In this document: positions 14,881-29,906 of the stretch, one piece after another
Position numbering within the stretch: the stretch's first letter is position 1
Layout of the letters: each line of letters begins with the position of its first letter
Source: Camelus ferus
Taxonomy: Eukaryota
Reading direction: 5' to 3'
DNA length: 64,000 nt
Assembly: GCF_009834535.1 (NCBI RefSeq)
Contig: NC_045696.1
Coordinates: forward strand, 10,976,001 to 11,040,000
Notes under the pieces: model-generated
Databases searched by the model: none
Told to the model about the DNA's origin: nothing
Seen by the model: only the letters and a program-made list of their open reading frames with translations
Program-made: the position numbers and the translations under genes

Positions 14881-15196
14881 CTATTACAATCCATAAAAAT
14901 AATGAAAGAGGGGGAGAAGTCTATCTGGAAGCATGTTCTCTGTTACCTTAGTGAATACTAAGGAAGAAGTAAAGTGTACAAGCTTGAGGTTACTCACATG
15001 GCGAACACACGTTTAATAAGTAAGCTCAAGTTTTCTTTGTAAGGAAGGGAGTAATAAGTTAGACTTCGAAGTGTGGTGTTCTTGGCTAAGTTTGGGATTT
15101 TCCTTTTTAAAGGAAACCAAGAAACGGCCTGCATTCCACTGCTGGTGTGGATTTCATGACGTCAGTAGTTTAATAAATGTGGGCATATAAAAGTGA

Positions 15197-15667
<471 letters not shown>

Positions 15668-15685
15668 TAGAATTCTTCATTTTAA

Positions 15686-15916
<231 letters not shown>

Positions 15917-16149
15917 TGAAATGTATTACAGTTTACCCCAAATTCTATATCAGTTTTTGCAAACTTCAGGCAGTTCCTAGAAATGTCAGCAGTGTTCACC
16001 TGAATAGATACTTCATGTGACATGACTGTCAGGCTACATAAACAGGACACAGCATGGGGGAGGCAAGCGTATCTGAGGCAAAGAAAAAGTTGTAAAACAT
16101 CGTTTAAATTGATGGTTTTTAATTTAAAATTTTATCTCCCTGCTTCTAG

Positions 16150-16335
<186 letters not shown>

Positions 16336-17185
16336 TAAGAAGAGGATCTGCGGTTATGAAAACATACGTTCCTTAATCAAACTATTGCTTTTTCTTTTAA
16401 TCTCTTGGAGTCTCTCTATACTTAATAAATGTATATTTATAGTTTAACAGCTGTAAAACTAGCTTCTCTTTTAAAAAAAGAAAAGGAAAGAAAAACTCAT
16501 AATAATTCCCGGGGGCAAAAGGTATTATGTCTCTATGAGATTCACTTTCAAGTAGAAGAATATGCTTTTTTTTTTCAGTAATAGCAAATTTAGAATCTTA
16601 CTCATCAGGGCTACTGCTTTTTTGCCTTTAAGAACCTATGGTAATTGGCTTTATTTTTTGCTGTTGTTTCTCATATAATCTGACTTTTTGAAACTTACTT
16701 CTTAAAACTTGTGACCATAAGATTTGGGAAGAACTTACTAAAAAAAATTTTTTTTTTAAAAGAAGTGATTGAGGCCATTTGATATGGTACCTTTGTGGTC
16801 ATCCGCCTTAAATTCTAACACTTTGGGTACTATGTAACTTTCTAAGGCCCCAGTTCCTCATTTGAGAGTAAGACACCAGACTCTGTGATTTCCAAAATTC
16901 CATACAGTTCTAAATACCTCATATAGCGCAAAAGTCTCATGGAATTCCACCGTTCATGTTTTTGTACTTTGTTTAACCAAATGTTAGACAAGTGCCATGA
17001 AAAAGGCCAAGTCTTAAGTTGTTTTCCTTAAGGTCTGTCCATTCAGTTAGAAGTGTTCATCAGAGGCACGTAGATTTCACATGAGCGTCTCCAGCACATA
17101 GTAGATATTTAATGAATGGCTGCCTGAGTGAAAACAGAACATTTTTGCCTTTTTGAATAACTTACTTTGTGTATGTTCATTTTAG

Positions 17186-17342
17186 ATCTTTAGGGGATTT
17201 TTAGAAGGAAAAGTAACCTTTGCTCCAACATACAAATACGATTTGTTTTCCGATGACTATGACACCAGTGAGAAGTGCCGCACTCCTGCATGGACAGACC
17301 GTGTCCTCTGGAGAAGACGGAAATGGCCTTTCGACAGATCAG
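17186..17342 (+). CDS. SYNJ1: SYNJ1 exon ([19 protein letters not shown]...PAWTDRVLW...FDRS)
   Basis: tttag|ATC, G|gtcggg; PTYKY and PAWTDRVLW motifs. Confidence 0.96.
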
Positions 17343-17872
17343 GTCGGGAAATGGGGTTCATTTAAATGAGTTAGTGCAAATTTTACAAAGAAAAAGGGAA
17401 ATGATATAAATATCAAATAAGGAGAGAGATGGGCTACTTTTTTTTTCAATAAAGGTTATCTAGGATAAAATCAATGCAATTTAAAAGTAAAACTTAAAAA
17501 AAATTCTCAGACCTGCTTATAATTATTTAATTTTTCAGTCTATTTTCTTTCAGTGACATAGTGTCATATAAAGAAAAGCAAGGAAACCTCTTTATAAAAT
17601 TGTTGGCTGGATGCTAATTAAGGTTTTTAACTTGAATAAGTCAAGTGGTTTGCAAATATTTTGAACTGCTACTTGTCTGTTGAATTATGTGTGAAACCCT
17701 GTTTGGTCACAGGCCTTTAAGTAATCTCAGTAAAGGCTCATTTTAATTTTAACTAAGTAAAGCATAGCATGATAACCTCACCAAAGAACCTTTCTAACCT
17801 AATGGTGTGTATGCTTCCTGCCTCTTAGCAAGTGTGTCTGGCGTCCCAGCCTCAGAAAACTGAAGCTGGTGA

Positions 17873-18091
<219 letters not shown>

Positions 18092-18142
18092 TAACCGTGC
18101 TTGCAGTTTACTTGAAATACATCCTTTCTTAAATGTTTCTAA

Positions 18143-18385
<243 letters not shown>

Positions 18386-20380
18386 TGAGTAAAGTATGTA
18401 CTGTCCAAAAGCAACTCATGACTCATAAGTAATATTTTCTGTATTAGAAATCACTTACTTTATGTTTGACTAGTGTGTGAGTATTTGTATTTTCAAACTA
18501 AAAGAAAATCACACTATAGAAGTATTATTCAAAGGGCTCATAGGTTTTGAAACTGAATTCTTGAGTCGTGAAACTGTATATGAACAATTGATAAACAAAA
18601 ATATGTGCACATTTAAATGTGTTCTCTCAAGATTAATATGCTATATAACATGTAAACCTGTGGCAAAATGAAGATGTGATTGCTGTTTTTTTTCAAGGAG
18701 AGGTAAGAGTAAAGTGGAGTGACTGTTTTGCCCTAGGTTTAAGAAATTTAATATTTTAATAATTTTAAGTCATTTAATTTCCAGCTAATGGAGAAGCAGT
18801 ACTGCTAGGGGAACAGTCAGGAGTCACCCGTTCCTGTCTTGGTTCCCGTCAGCGACTTAACCATGTGCCTTTTGCAGAACCAGATGCCTCTTTTGTTGTT
18901 AAAAAAAAAGTTCTCTTCTGAATGTGCAGCAGTTTTGAGACATCGAAAAACATATGTGTCTGACTTCCATACAGAAGAGGTACTATTAAGTTCCTTTCTG
19001 TGCTGTCCATCTGCTTATTTAGGTGTGTTTTATAGACAGTTGGTGGGCACATCTCTATACTAGGTGCTGTGGAAGAGCAGAGGAGAAACTGAAGACTCAA
19101 TTCCTGTCTGGAATCTAGGGGTGATCAGCATATGTATAATGGCCTCCCTAGCTCCTAAACAGAATTGTCCACAGAATGAAGTTGGTATGATTTCTTGTTG
19201 AGTGAGGAACATGACTGAGAACCCTAGAGTCCTTTTAGAGAGTAAATGGGCAAATAGAGAGGAAATTGTGTTTAGACTTCCCTCAAACCGTTTGACAAAG
19301 ATCTACCCCAAGGATTTAAAATGAGACATGAAATATCTGAAAATTGTAAGGCTCTAGCAAGTCCATAGTGAAATCTGCAAGTTTACAGATGACAGTAAGC
19401 TTTGCCAAGTACAGAAATGCCAAACCACCGGGACCATCATGTGGACTGTGTGAGTGGGCGGCCAAGTAGCAGATAAACGTCCTTTGAGCAAGTGTGAAAT
19501 ATTGCACTGGGCTAGACAGAACCTGAAGTGCACTTCAGGGATGAAAGACTCTGAAGAGGACTGTCTTGTCTGTATCCTAGTCTCAAAGAACTTGGTATTA
19601 AATTAGAGCCAAAAGCTTCCCCCCCAAATGCTTGTTGTCATTGGAAGAAGTATTGGTAACAGAACAAGGCATTACTCTAACATTATAAAACCATGGGGTG
19701 CCTCCTCACACGGAATATTCCAGTTGTTACACCTTAAGATATCCAAGTTAGACTAGAAAAAGCAGGCGCTGAAAGTAAACAAGGACAGGACTGCTGTCAC
19801 AGGTAAGGCTAAACTGATTATCACCTTTTGGTCTAGAATAAGGTAACCATTAAGGAGTGGCTCAAGTCTGTACACCCCTTTACATGTAATTAAGAGATTT
19901 TCTGGAAATGTAGACTGGGCAAATTTAGATACTTATTGGGGGAAAAGTGTAGTTTTTATCCTAGTGAGTGAAAATAGGAAGAAAACACAGCTTCTGAAAT
20001 GTCCTACATAAATCTGTGGGTTATCAGAATCAGAATCCAGTTAACAGTTAACTTGTTAAAGTTAAAAAACGTGTAAGGGACACACTGGCAGTTAAGAATA
20101 GGACCAAGAAATTAGCCCTGCCTTATGATCACAAATGCTTTGGTTCCACCATCAAAGAACAAATGCTGCTTGGGGTCGGGGAGACTGGTGCAGCCTGAGT
20201 GCAGCTGTATAGTAGTGATTATAACCTTTGGAGGAAGGTTATTGTCCGTTGTCAACAATTTGACTAAGATCCCTTCATAATCTTTAGGTAGGAATGGTGT
20301 CCCTATGTTGTTCAAACAATAGCATCCTGCAACTTAGTAATAACTTCATGCCAAGAAATTGAGTCTCTTACCTAAGTTGA

Positions 20381-20424
20381 GTGTGTGTGTGTGTGTGCGC
20401 GCGCGTGCGTGCACACGTCTGTGT
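20381..20424. repeat. (GT)n(GC)n alternating purine-pyrimidine microsatellite
   Basis: gtgtgtgtgtgtgtgtgcgcgcgcgtgcgtgcacacg. Confidence 0.9.
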
Positions 20425-20781
20425 GTTTTGCCATTTCTCATCTGAAAGATCTGCAAGGATGTCTGAATTTATAAATACAGTTTGGATTTAGTTCAACTGT
20501 TAAAATTGTTTCTATAAATAAGACTCATAATGTTATAATTTGTTTTATTCTTTTTTCATGATAACATTATTTCATATCAGTGACCGTCTTCTTCAGAACT
20601 TGTTCTAATGGCCTTTCTATTTTTCCTTTTGTGGGTTTCTTATCTCAAAACTATAAACTTAGAATCACAGTAAGGCTTTGAAGTCTCAAGAGAGTAACTG
20701 GCTGTCATTGAATAAATAAAGACAGGACCATAACCTAAGAGTCCCTCGGGCCAGTCTGATTGAGTGACTGACTGACAGACT

Positions 20782-20814
<33 letters not shown>
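20782..20814. repeat. (TTG)n microsatellite
   Basis: about 11 TTG units. Confidence 0.95.
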
Positions 20815-20815
<1 letters not shown>

Positions 20816-21307
20816 GACAACTCCCTGCCTTCTTTCCTGGTCAAAAGAAATTTGCTTCAGGAAATTTGCTTCAGGAAAGTCACTGAGACAGTGGCAATAC
20901 AGAGTACTGGATTCCAGGCTTGGGAGACTGGGATCCTAGCCCTGTAACTTACTCTCCTCGTAGGGTCACTTTGAACAAGCCCCTTAACCTCTGGCCCTTT
21001 TTCTCTTGTCAATGAAATGAAAGATTAGATTAGCAGGGATCATAACTGGAGGTCCACAGGCCCATTTCTTCTGGCAGACTGTTCTATTAACTAACATAGT
21101 ACTTGAAAGAAATTTGTATTTGAACGCTTTTAGGGGAAGAGTGCCCTCTGCAGGTCACCACTGGCCCCACTGCTCTCGCTCTTGTGTTTTTACTTTCTGG
21201 CCTCTGTAAGCCTTCGTGAATCAGTAATCATTGGACTAGTCACTGAGCTAGTTATAAACTGAATATTAATTATAGTTGTTTATTGTTTGTTTTTCTCTTC
21301 CTTAAAG

Positions 21308-21386
21308 ATTTGTAGAAGATAAAATGTGGGTTACATTTTTGGAGGGAAGCTCTGCCTTGAGTGTTCTGAGCCTGAATGGTAAAGAG
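21308..21386 (+). CDS. SYNJ1: SYNJ1 exon ([26 protein letters not shown])
   Basis: taaag|A, GAG|gtaagt. Confidence 0.95.
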
Positions 21387-22249
21387 GTAAGTTTGTTGAT
21401 TCTAAACCATTCTGCAACTAAGTATCTGAAGATTGTATTTTTATAGGCATACAGCAAATTATCTAAATATATTTCTAGTTCAAGAGGATAAAAGACCTTA
21501 TGGTGTACTTTAACATTTATTATTTAGACTAGGTTTCAGATTAATTTAAGATTATTTTGGTCCCTCCCTAGAGATATTAATCATGGCTATAGACTAAGAA
21601 AAAAAAGTATTATTACCCAATTTTATTTTTATTATTTTTTTATATAAAACTAAAATTTTTAATTGGAATAGTTACTATGGCTCATCTATATAGTAGAACA
21701 GATTTCTAGCAAATGAAGAAAATGCTTTATTTACAAGAAAACAAGGGAGGAAGGTGCTCATTAGTCTAAGGAACTTGTTTTATTGGCTTGGATCATGGTA
21801 CCCAGGTACCTTTTTTCAAGCAAAGGTAGAATAATTCCCATAGGTAACAAGTCCATCCCATTGAGGCATTTTAGAAATTTTTAATTAGTGGAGATGTTCC
21901 TAGCCTGTGATTTGAAGTGTCATTGATGGGAGAAGTTTACATCAATGGCCTAGAATAATTTTACTTCTGTAAGATGCTGTCTATGTCCACTAGTGTTTCG
22001 TGAATGGTTTCAGACAAATCCTAAATATCTAAGTATATGATCAATAGACTGGACTAAAATCAAGGCCTAATTTCTCCAATGGTAGGTAATTCCATAAAGA
22101 TTTTCCTGAGCTTCCTCTTCTGTTTCAGAACTTCCACTTGGAGAAAAAGATTTTCATCCATTTATTGTTTTTGAAATAGATTTTGTAAGATTTTATTTGT
22201 TTTTCCTGAATGCGCTAGTAATATACTCATGCAAAAATAAATCAAGAAA

Positions 22250-23050
22250 TACAGAAAACTATAAAGAAAAATAATAAAGACTGTTTGTAATCTGACCATT
22301 ACAAAATAATTTTTCTTAAGCTTCATATATGCATATATATATTAACACAAATGAGCTATATGAATCATGGACATCTACATGAACAAACATGTCATTTTTA
22401 ATGGCTGAATTAGTTTCATTATGTAGATAAATATATAAATATAAATATAAATTTACTTAACCAGACTCTTATTAGTAGACATCTGGATTGTTCCCAACTT
22501 TTAATAATTAAAAACAACATTCCAGGGAACCCCTGTATACACTATAATTGTGCATGCTTATCCTGTTATTCCTTAAGATAAATTCTTAAATGTACATTTG
22601 CAATGTCAAAGAATATAGGCATATGAAAATTTGATATTTATTGGCTAATTGCTCTTTAGAAAGAATGTATCTAGTTGCATTGTGACTCGGATTACCTAAT
22701 ATCCAACATCCTAATCAAAATGGGGTATTTTTTAACTTCGACAATCTGTAGAACTAGAAGTACTATGTCATTTCTGTGTTAATACTTTGATTACTAGTTT
22801 TTTTAATTTATTGGTCATTTGTACTTCTCTGACAAGCTGTTTATGACCTAGCCCATTCCCCATTGGGGTATTCATCTTTTGAAGCTCCCTTGATGTTAAT
22901 CCCTTTTTATAATGTGCTGAAGATACTCTTCCCAGCTTGTCTTGTGACTTTGCTGTGTCTTCACCATATGGAAAGTATTGATTTTAAAATTTAATTCTAC
23001 CTTTGACCTCTTAAAAGCCCTTCCTCATCCCATGAAGACACATTTAAGAG
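22250..23050 (-). mobile_element. Old L1M fragment
   Basis: tttttaatggctgaat...agtagacatctggattgttccca...ccttaagataaatt, typical of the antisense L1 ORF2 end. Confidence 0.55.
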
Positions 23051-24550
23051 CAACTCTCATTTTGGTACTTTGTCAGCCTTATTCCCTTCCTGAATATTTC
23101 TTTTACCTTTCCCTGATAATTTTCCTAGTTTTGTTTTTCCTTCCTTCTTTTCAGCTCTGTTCCTCACCCTCAAGTCTGGTCATCTATGTTATGCTCTTAG
23201 AAAGTAGCCGCCTTAGCTCCCTTAAAAGATTTTCAAAATTCTGAGAAAATAATGTTTTTGGAAAATACATAATGTTTGATTTATCCTTTTGAAAGTTAGA
23301 CATTTCTACGCCTCTGGTCTATCTTTGTTAGTACTGTTATTTCAGCCCAAAATCTTCTAGCTGCAAATAGATCAATAGGAACTCTTCCATTTCAGGGGAG
23401 AATCTGGAAAAAGTATACAGCTTCAGCAGGGCAAACCTAAAGGATGACCTTCTTGAGCATTTCCTTTTCTGTCACGTAATTTTTTTTTCTTTTCTCTGGG
23501 CTCCAATTTCTGCCAAGTGGATATTCTTAAGGAAGTTCATCTTAAATGGCCATGATAGTGACTGGGGCTTAAGAATACTTGTTGGTATTCTTTGGCAAAT
23601 ACATAAAGAATGTGGTTGACTTTAAAAAGTAACAAATGACCTATGAAGCCTGTTGCCAAGTTCTGAAGTTTAACTGATGTGGTCTAATAAGTGAGTAAAG
23701 AATTAGTCCTTAGGACTTTGACTTCAAAGCTCAATGTAGACACTAATTACTCTCATACATAGCTGTGCTATTCACGCCAGCAGCTTTCAATCTCTCCATC
23801 CTATGCCTTCAAAGAATTCTACTGTCAATAGCACTTTGAGCCAAGGAGAGTATTTTTTTAATACATCGACAGGACAGTATACCTTGATTATAATGTACTG
23901 GTTGGTTTAGATTATACTTTTATCTAAAAGCTGCTCATATTTATGGGAAAGGCAGGGTGCCAGTGTCATAGATACCAGCCTTTCTGTTTTTAGAATGATT
24001 AAACTTTTGTTGAAGATTAAAAATGGTCTTAAATTCTCTCATTATTCTTCTGACATTTGAAATGCTGAAACTACTTTGGCAGTATAAGTAACTTTCAAGA
24101 CCATTATACCAAGTTAGAAAGTTACCCTTATACCGAATGAACAGGGAAAGTATTTTAAGGATTGTCCACCGTCCTTTCTGAAGTTGTTTCACATAAGAAC
24201 AGTGATTTAATCTGTATCTCAAAACCCTAGGAAGTATGAAATGATGAAGCAGAATTGTCAGTGAATTTATATCTCACCTTCGGAAGATACTGTCAGCAAA
24301 GGAAACTTAAATCTGTGTGCATTCTGGAAAAGAAGACCTTAGATTTAGCAACATAGGCTTTTGAAGGGAGAATTGGGAACATTTTTAACTAGTTAAAAAT
24401 GCAGTATATGTAAAACAGTTTATTTTGAATTGAGTGTAGCCGAATTGAGCCTATACTGTTGCGTAGTATAACTAAGGCAGTCACTTTATTCCCAGAGAGT
24501 TAATTTTCATGCCAATGAATTTTTATTTTATATCTCTGTTACTTACCTAG

Positions 24551-24713
24551 TTATTGGGTCGGACTATAACTATTACTTTAAAAAGTCCAGACTGGATCAA
24601 AAATTTGGAAGAAGAAATGAGTTTAGAGAAAATCGGTGTCCCGCTGCCATCGTCAACAAGCTCCACACTGCTGGGGGAGGACGCGGAGGTCACGGCCGAC
24701 TTCGACATGGAAG
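24551..24713 (+). CDS. SYNJ1: SYNJ1 exon ([15 protein letters not shown]...ADFDME)
   Basis: cctag|TTA, G|gtctgc. Confidence 0.94.
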
Positions 24714-25384
24714 GTCTGCTTACTGGGCGCGTTTACTTCTGTACTTCTAGATAAGTTTCCTTCCCATCAGTGAAGTCTCAGCCTCCGAGTTTATCCTTTT
24801 CTTCCTTCTTGTAACACACAGAGCAATATTAATTAGGTTTTGTTTTGCATTGTATTGTGTGTATTTTACTCGTACCCAGACTTCAGATGTATTTGCCATT
24901 GGGCCATTCATAGGTTAAGACCTTTACAAATGTTGATGTCCTTATGTGATAAGAGCACAAATTGGTATTTTGGGTGTATGGTTTGGTCCCACTAATTGTC
25001 CTTAAGGTAAAAAAGGAGAAGTTCATTGTGCAGAAATGAGTTCAAAATAGTTGCTACAAAAGGGGATATATTTCAAAATTAACTTTAAAAGATTTTCCAA
25101 GTGGCTAGGAACACATGCATTTGAAACTGAACCCTTCACACCTATATAAATGTAATCATTTCAATTTTAGAATTTGGGACAGGTTATTTCAAGATAATAA
25201 TTTGCTTAAATGTGATTAAGAAATGCATTTGCTTTCTCATACTATCTGCTATTTTATTTTAGCATAGTTTCCATTAAAATGCATACCTTAGTTTATAAAA
25301 TGACATACATCATATTGTGATACCCTGTATAGCTAGATAATGCATTTCAGAGTTGAACACCTTAGATTGTCTCATTTTCAGTCT

Positions 25385-27650
25385 CTGTTCATTTGTTTGC
25401 TTAGTCCCCACATTTATGCAGTACCTTTTATATGCCAGGTACATGCTAGGTGCTAGAAATTCAACAGATGTCATCCTTGCACTCCCCAGACTCACAGCTC
25501 AGTGGGTGCTACATACAAGTAAGCAGGCAGTTATAATCATGTGACATCAGTGCACAAGGGGACGATGGTACAGGAGTTATGGGACACTTGTCTAACCTAG
25601 AGTTGGGAAGTTGGGAAAGTTCCCAGAGAAATTGAAATTGAGAATCTGAGGACTGGGTGAGAATTAGATTAAAGAGAATAGAGCAGGGTGAACCAGAAAG
25701 GAGGAGTGTTCAGAGGCCTAAGGGGGAAAAAGGATCTAAGCAGACGCTGCAGGTACGCTTGTGTGGGAGTAAGTGAGGAGAAGTGTGGGAGTAAGTGAGG
25801 TGAAGTGCGGGAGGAGGAGCAGGGTGGATGGCAGGAGATACTGGTTTTGGGCATGTTGGATCTGAGGGGTCTGTGAGGTCTGTCGTGCCCAGGCTGTGGG
25901 TGTGTGGACTAGTTGCTCAGCAGAGAGCTCTGGGCCCGCGAGGCAGCCCCAGTGAGAGTTAGAGTCCTGCGTGTTTATTAGCATGGCCAGGGGGATTATA
26001 CAGAGATGGGAGAGGACTGGTCCTGGGATTGAACAGAAACTCAGACTTTAAGGATAGGCAGAACAAGGCTGTGCATGAAAGGAAAATGAGAAGAAACAAC
26101 TAGAAATGTCATTGAGCCAGGAGAATCCAGCAGCTTAAACATCAAGGAAAGAAAGGGTAACAGGGGAGCGTGGTCCGAGGTGTCCTGTGTTGCAGAGAGA
26201 GAAGTGAGCAGTGCAGCTTGCCCTTTGGGTTTAGCACCGGGGAGGAGGCTGTTGGTGATGTTCAGGGGAGTGATTTCAGTGGAGTGATGAAGCCAGATGG
26301 TGGTAAATCGAGGTGAGGAGGGAAGGTGAAGAAGTGCAGAGAGTGTCTGTAGACAACTTTTTAAGAAGTTTGGCTAAGGCGGAGTTGAGGGGGAGCGGGA
26401 ATAGGAAGGCAGTTGCCCCAGGGAGTATAGTTTTGAAATCGAGAGGCTTGAGAAGGCTTAGTGCTGATGGAAAGGGCTGGCGACATTGGGGAGGGGCAGG
26501 GGAGAATGAGCAGGAGAGCACGGTGGCAGAGAAAACAGGGGTGGTCAGAACCCCATTCTTTTCATCTACAAATATGAGTGCCAACCATGTGATTCAATGC
26601 CAGCTGGGGGGCAGGTTACTGAAGAGAGGGGTTTCCATCTTAAGACTGCCCTTCTTCTCTGTGAAGTTTAAGGAGTGAGGCAACCCACAGTTTTCGGAGA
26701 GTTGAGCAGGTTCAAGATAGCACTCCTGAGAAGGGGTAAGGGGGAGAGAGAGCCAGCCAGGAACTTGTGGGATTGCCAGGCAGCTGTGGGAGCCCAGAGG
26801 AGGCTGAAACCCACGGAGTTAACATGACTGCAGTCATCAGGACTGTGTTGTTTCCTCTGGCTGCAGCCCTCGGCAGCCTTGGTGCGGTTATAGAGAGATC
26901 AGACAGCGGGATCGATGCAGGTGCAATGGAGGAATGTGCAGGAGGGGGACAGCCGAGGTGAAGAACCAGAGGATGTGAAGACAGATGCAGAGACGCAGAA
27001 TTGAATAGGGGCCAAAAGAGGAGGGATGGAAGGCCTGGATCCTGCTGAAGTCAAAAGAGGAAAGAGTAACCAAGGGCAAGACTGAAAGGCTGGAAGCTGG
27101 TGGTCAGAGTGAAGCGTTTTGAGCGTGTTGTTTCGGAGGTCCTGCGGTTCCGGGCACGCATGTGTTTGAAGTGGAGGAGACTGGCAGCAGGGATAAGACA
27201 TTAGCCCATTGATGGGTTCTCCACATGGACTTCAGTGTCACTCAGAAAGATGATAGGACCCACTTGCCATCTTGCTCTGTCCTTAGTCCTAGACGAATGG
27301 GTTCAAGTGACCAGAAGGAGGGAGGTTGGAGATTATGGCGGCAAGCGGTGGTTGAGGGTGTGATATACATTTCTTGATGGCACAGCTCCAAGAAATAGGC
27401 CTTTTTGTTCCAGGTTGGAGGATTATAGTTCTGGAATTGGAATTAAGTTGCAAGGGGCACCCTGACCGCACTTGCCAACCCTAAGGAAAGCGGAGATGAG
27501 GAGACCTCAGGGGAGAACCATTTCCTCCTGTTCAGTTCAAGCAAAGAGGCTGTATATTGGGTAGGAGGAGCACAGGGGACAGAGTAGTGAGGAGATTTTT
27601 GGGGCAGGGTGTGTGACTCTGTGAGAGCTTGTCTGCTGTAAGGACCAGAC
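25385..27650 (-). mobile_element. Long degenerate L2 LINE relic
   Basis: 3' signature tatatgccaggtacatgctaggtgctag, then a long G/A-rich body; explains the cluster of short ORFs here; boundaries approximate. Confidence 0.55.
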
Positions 27651-28002
27651 CTGAACTGAGGGCAGTGGGTAGGAGGCAGTGCCCTAGAGTAAGATGGGAG
27701 GTTTGGAGGCAGAGCGGTAAGCGTCTGAGTCAGCCAGCACGGAGACAGCTGCGCACGGGAACACTGAACACCATTGAATCAGCCCAGCTCTGGGCGTGAG
27801 TCACCACCTGCATCCTCTGCTCTGAGACAAGAGACGGTCTTTAGTTACATTTTCCATCAGAGCATTTGTGCTCCTAGTTTTATGCATATACATTTTTATA
27901 TATGCCTGCATGTTTAATCTTTATGTATTTACAGTGTCATAAACCCCTTAAAACCTAGATTGGTGGAAAAAATCTCTGAGAAAGTTACGGTGGTAACGTT
28001 AA

Positions 28003-28245
<243 letters not shown>

Positions 28246-29157
28246 TAAAGTGTTGTATGACTTTCCCTGGCTGATACATTTGATTTTGGAAGGTTACATC
28301 TCTGATGCCCTTGGATCTCCTTTGGAGAGCCGTGTTTGTTTAACTTTCATATCCATAGGCTAATGTGTACCATGTTTTCTCTGCATATGAAAGAGGAAAC
28401 TTTGTAAGTAGTAAATGAACAGGATACTCATCACTGTCACTGGATGAGAATTTTTCTTCATCCTTTTTCTACGTGGTCAGGTTTGTCCGTAACTTATCAT
28501 TGATGATTTTCTATTGTTTTGTAAGAACCCCTAGCTGTTTGGGCTTAACTGTATGTCTGTACATTACCTAAATTATAATATGGAACAAAAGAGACAAAGC
28601 AAATTTTTCAAATTCAACTTTATGGTCATGACTCCTTCAAAGTGGGAAGACTTGTCTCTGGAAGTTGTTACATGACGTGGTTAAGTTGCATGTTCCATGT
28701 TAACCAGCATCTTCAGAAAATGTCTTCCACTTACACATTTCCCTAGTTCCCCCATGCGACTCTTATAGGTCTGGCTTCGTTCAATAAATTCGAGATAAGC
28801 TAAGGTAGAGAGAGAAGAGACTCCCTTTTTCTTTTTCTTTTCCACTGGCCAGCAGACCACAGTGACTTATGTCTACAGTACTTTGTGCGGTCTCGATGGG
28901 GCCACTCAGTAAATCCCCTTCAGCACCTGGGGCCTGGGGAAGGGGTCCGGTAGAGCTAGCCTTATGCTTCCATGGTACCAAAGCATAATTGAATAGCAGA
29001 ACTGCTTAAGTTGTTGATAGTAAAACTGTGCGTCATTATGCTGTAGTATAAAGTTAGAAAATAGCACAAGAGAGAATTGATGAGATGCGTGTAGAAATTG
29101 CGCTTTGTGCTCATACCCACCTGGAACCTGACCCTCTTACCTGAGGCACTTTTGTAG

Positions 29158-29301
29158 GTTCTCCTGTTGACACTCTGCCAGCAACACAACCGCAGCAGAA
29201 AGAGTCTTCCCAGACCTTAGAACCCAAGCGGCCTCCTCCCCCCCGCCCCGTTGCCCCTCCTGCACGCCCAGCTCCCCCACAGAGACCGCCTCCGCCTTCA
29301 G
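29158..29301 (+). CDS. SYNJ1: SYNJ1 exon (SSPVDTLP...[26 protein letters not shown])
   Basis: tgtag|GT, G|gtaaca; SH3-ligand PxxP array; 144 nt, phase 1-1. Confidence 0.94.
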
Positions 29302-29867
29302 GTAACAAACCATTTTATTTCCAGTTTCGCTAGGTTGAAAATCCTCCGCCACTCTATTTTAAAACATGTTGCATGTTTTCGAACCTCTAGCTTCTAGATT
29401 TTATTGCTTTTCTTTGGTTGGTGCTCCTTCCTCAGCTTTACTAAAGAACATGGCAGGCCTGACAGGACAGGTGGAAAGACTGTCGCCCAGCTAGACTCCT
29501 GCAGCATGTTTTCAGAGCTGACTTCTTACAAGCGTGCGAGAGGCGTTTGTTTTGTTTCTGCTGATTTCATATGGTCATACTAATTTCTGTACAATGCATA
29601 ACTAGAACTGAAGAACATGCATGTACTTATTTACTACAAAGTTTTATGTATTTGTTCTTTTTAAGTATTATGTTCCTTGTAAGTAAGTATAGTGTTGTTT
29701 CTTTAGTTATTAGAAGTGTTTACATCATAGCTTTTTTATGGTGCCAGTATATGAATGTGTAGTTTCTACATGCTGTTTGACATCATGAATACTATGGTAA
29801 ATCTTTGTTTCCATTCTTTATTTAATGTCATTTCCTTTCTGCTGCACATTCTCTTGTGAACTATAAG

Positions 29868-29906
29868 GGGCTAGGAGTCCTGCACCTGCTAGAAAAGAAT
29901 TTGGAG
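29868..29906 (+). CDS. SYNJ1: SYNJ1 39-nt exon (GARSPAPARKEFG)
   Basis: ataag|GG, G|gtaacc; phase 1-1. Confidence 0.92.

Noticed and set aside
19522..19539. Perfect 18-bp palindrome CCTGAAGTGCACTTCAGG
   Set aside because: Chance expectation is about 64000/4^9 = 0.24 per window and there is no supporting context.
20849..20878. 14-bp tandem duplication gaaatttgcttcag x2 (a similar 13-bp one near 60248)
   Set aside because: Ordinary replication-slippage duplication with no spacer structure; not CRISPR-like.
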